Shown here: piece after piece, positions 63,140-64,000 of the stretch
How the letters are laid out: each line of letters begins with the position of its first letter
Position numbering within the stretch: the first letter of the stretch is position 1
Notes under the pieces: generated by a model
Database searches by the model: none
The model's input: only the letters and a program-made list of their open reading frames with translations
Told to the model about the DNA's origin: nothing
Program-made: the position numbers and the translations under genes
NCBI GenBank assembly: GCA_002269645.1
Contig: NIVC01000851.1
Location: 124,001 to 188,000, forward strand
Length of the DNA stretch: 64,000 nucleotides
Direction of reading: 5' to 3'
DNA from: Macrostomum lignano
Lineage: Eukaryota

Positions 63140-64000
63140 TTCCTTCATCCGTGATGTTGGCTAGATTAGCAATCCATTCTGTTTCTTCATCAATGATGTT
63201 GGGTAGATTAGCAATCCATTCTGTTCCTTCATTGGTGATGTTGGGTAGATTAGCAATCCATTCTGTTCCTTCATTGGTGATGTTGGCTAGATTAGCAATC
63301 CATTCTTTTTCTTCATCAATGATATTGGCTAGATTAGCAATCCATTCTATTTCTTCATCAATGATATTGGCTAGATTAGCAATCCATTCTATTTCTTCAT
63401 CAATGATATTGGCTAGATTAGCAATCCATTCTATTCCTTCATCAATGATGTTGGCTAGATTAGCAATCCATTCTATTCTTCATCAATGATGTTGGCTAGA
63501 TTAGCAATCCATTCTATTCCTTCATCCATGATGTTGGGTAGATTAGCAATCCATTCTATTCCTTCATCAATGATGTTGGGTAGATTAGCAATCCATTCTG
63601 TTCCTTCATTGGTGATGTTGGCTAGATTAGCAATCCATTCTGTTCCTTCATCAATGATGTTGGGTAGATTAGCAATCCATTCTGTTCCTTCATTGGTGAT
63701 GTTGGCTAGATTAGCAATCCATTCTGTTCCTTCATTGGTGATGTTGGCTAGATTAGCAATCCAATCTATTCCTTGGTGATGTTGGCTAGATTAGCAATCC
63801 ATTCTATTCCTTCATCCATGATGCTGGCTAGATTAGCAATCCATTCTATTCCTTCATGCATTCATGATGTTGGCTAGATTAGCAATCCATTCTATTCCTT
63901 CATGCATTAATGATGTTGGCTAGATTAGCAATCCATTCTATTCCTTTATCAATGATATTGGCTAGATTAGCAATCCATTCTATTCCTTCATCAATGATGT
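63140..64000 (-). repeat. Same 42-bp satellite in inverted orientation, running off the window
   Basis: Unit is the reverse complement of the 61365-61935 unit. Confidence 0.95.

Overview
Repeat-rich invertebrate animal genomic DNA with GC-rich exons and AT-rich introns. The style is compatible with a free-living flatworm such as Macrostomum, but the species is my inference. I reconstructed these host genes by hand from splice sites and family motifs: a PPP1R14/CPI-17-type PP1 inhibitor (-), a POLR1D-isoform-2-like protein (+), an ammonium transporter with two copies of its TM1 exon (-), CFAP69 (-), a candidate neuropeptide precursor (+), a divergent type II pantothenate-kinase-fold gene (-), an AMPA-like ionotropic glutamate receptor (+) and an orphan gene (-). 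Mobile DNA comprises a full-length but disrupted Loa-like LINE with a 10-bp TSD, three copies of a tRNA-derived SINE, a degenerate P-element/THAP9-like transposase, an RTE-like fragment, and many TIR elements with TSDs (hAT-, P- and MULE-like). About 15 tandem arrays are present. The most notable observations are: 3' tail similarity between the SINE and the LINE; a covarying hairpin in the SINE core; the duplicated AMT TM1 exon, which could be alternative or a cassette; the PanK-like protein with altered active-site motifs; the iGluR with an altered SYTANLAAF gate; and a prohormone carrying a WHWLWQ peptide. All family assignments come from motif recall, not database searches.
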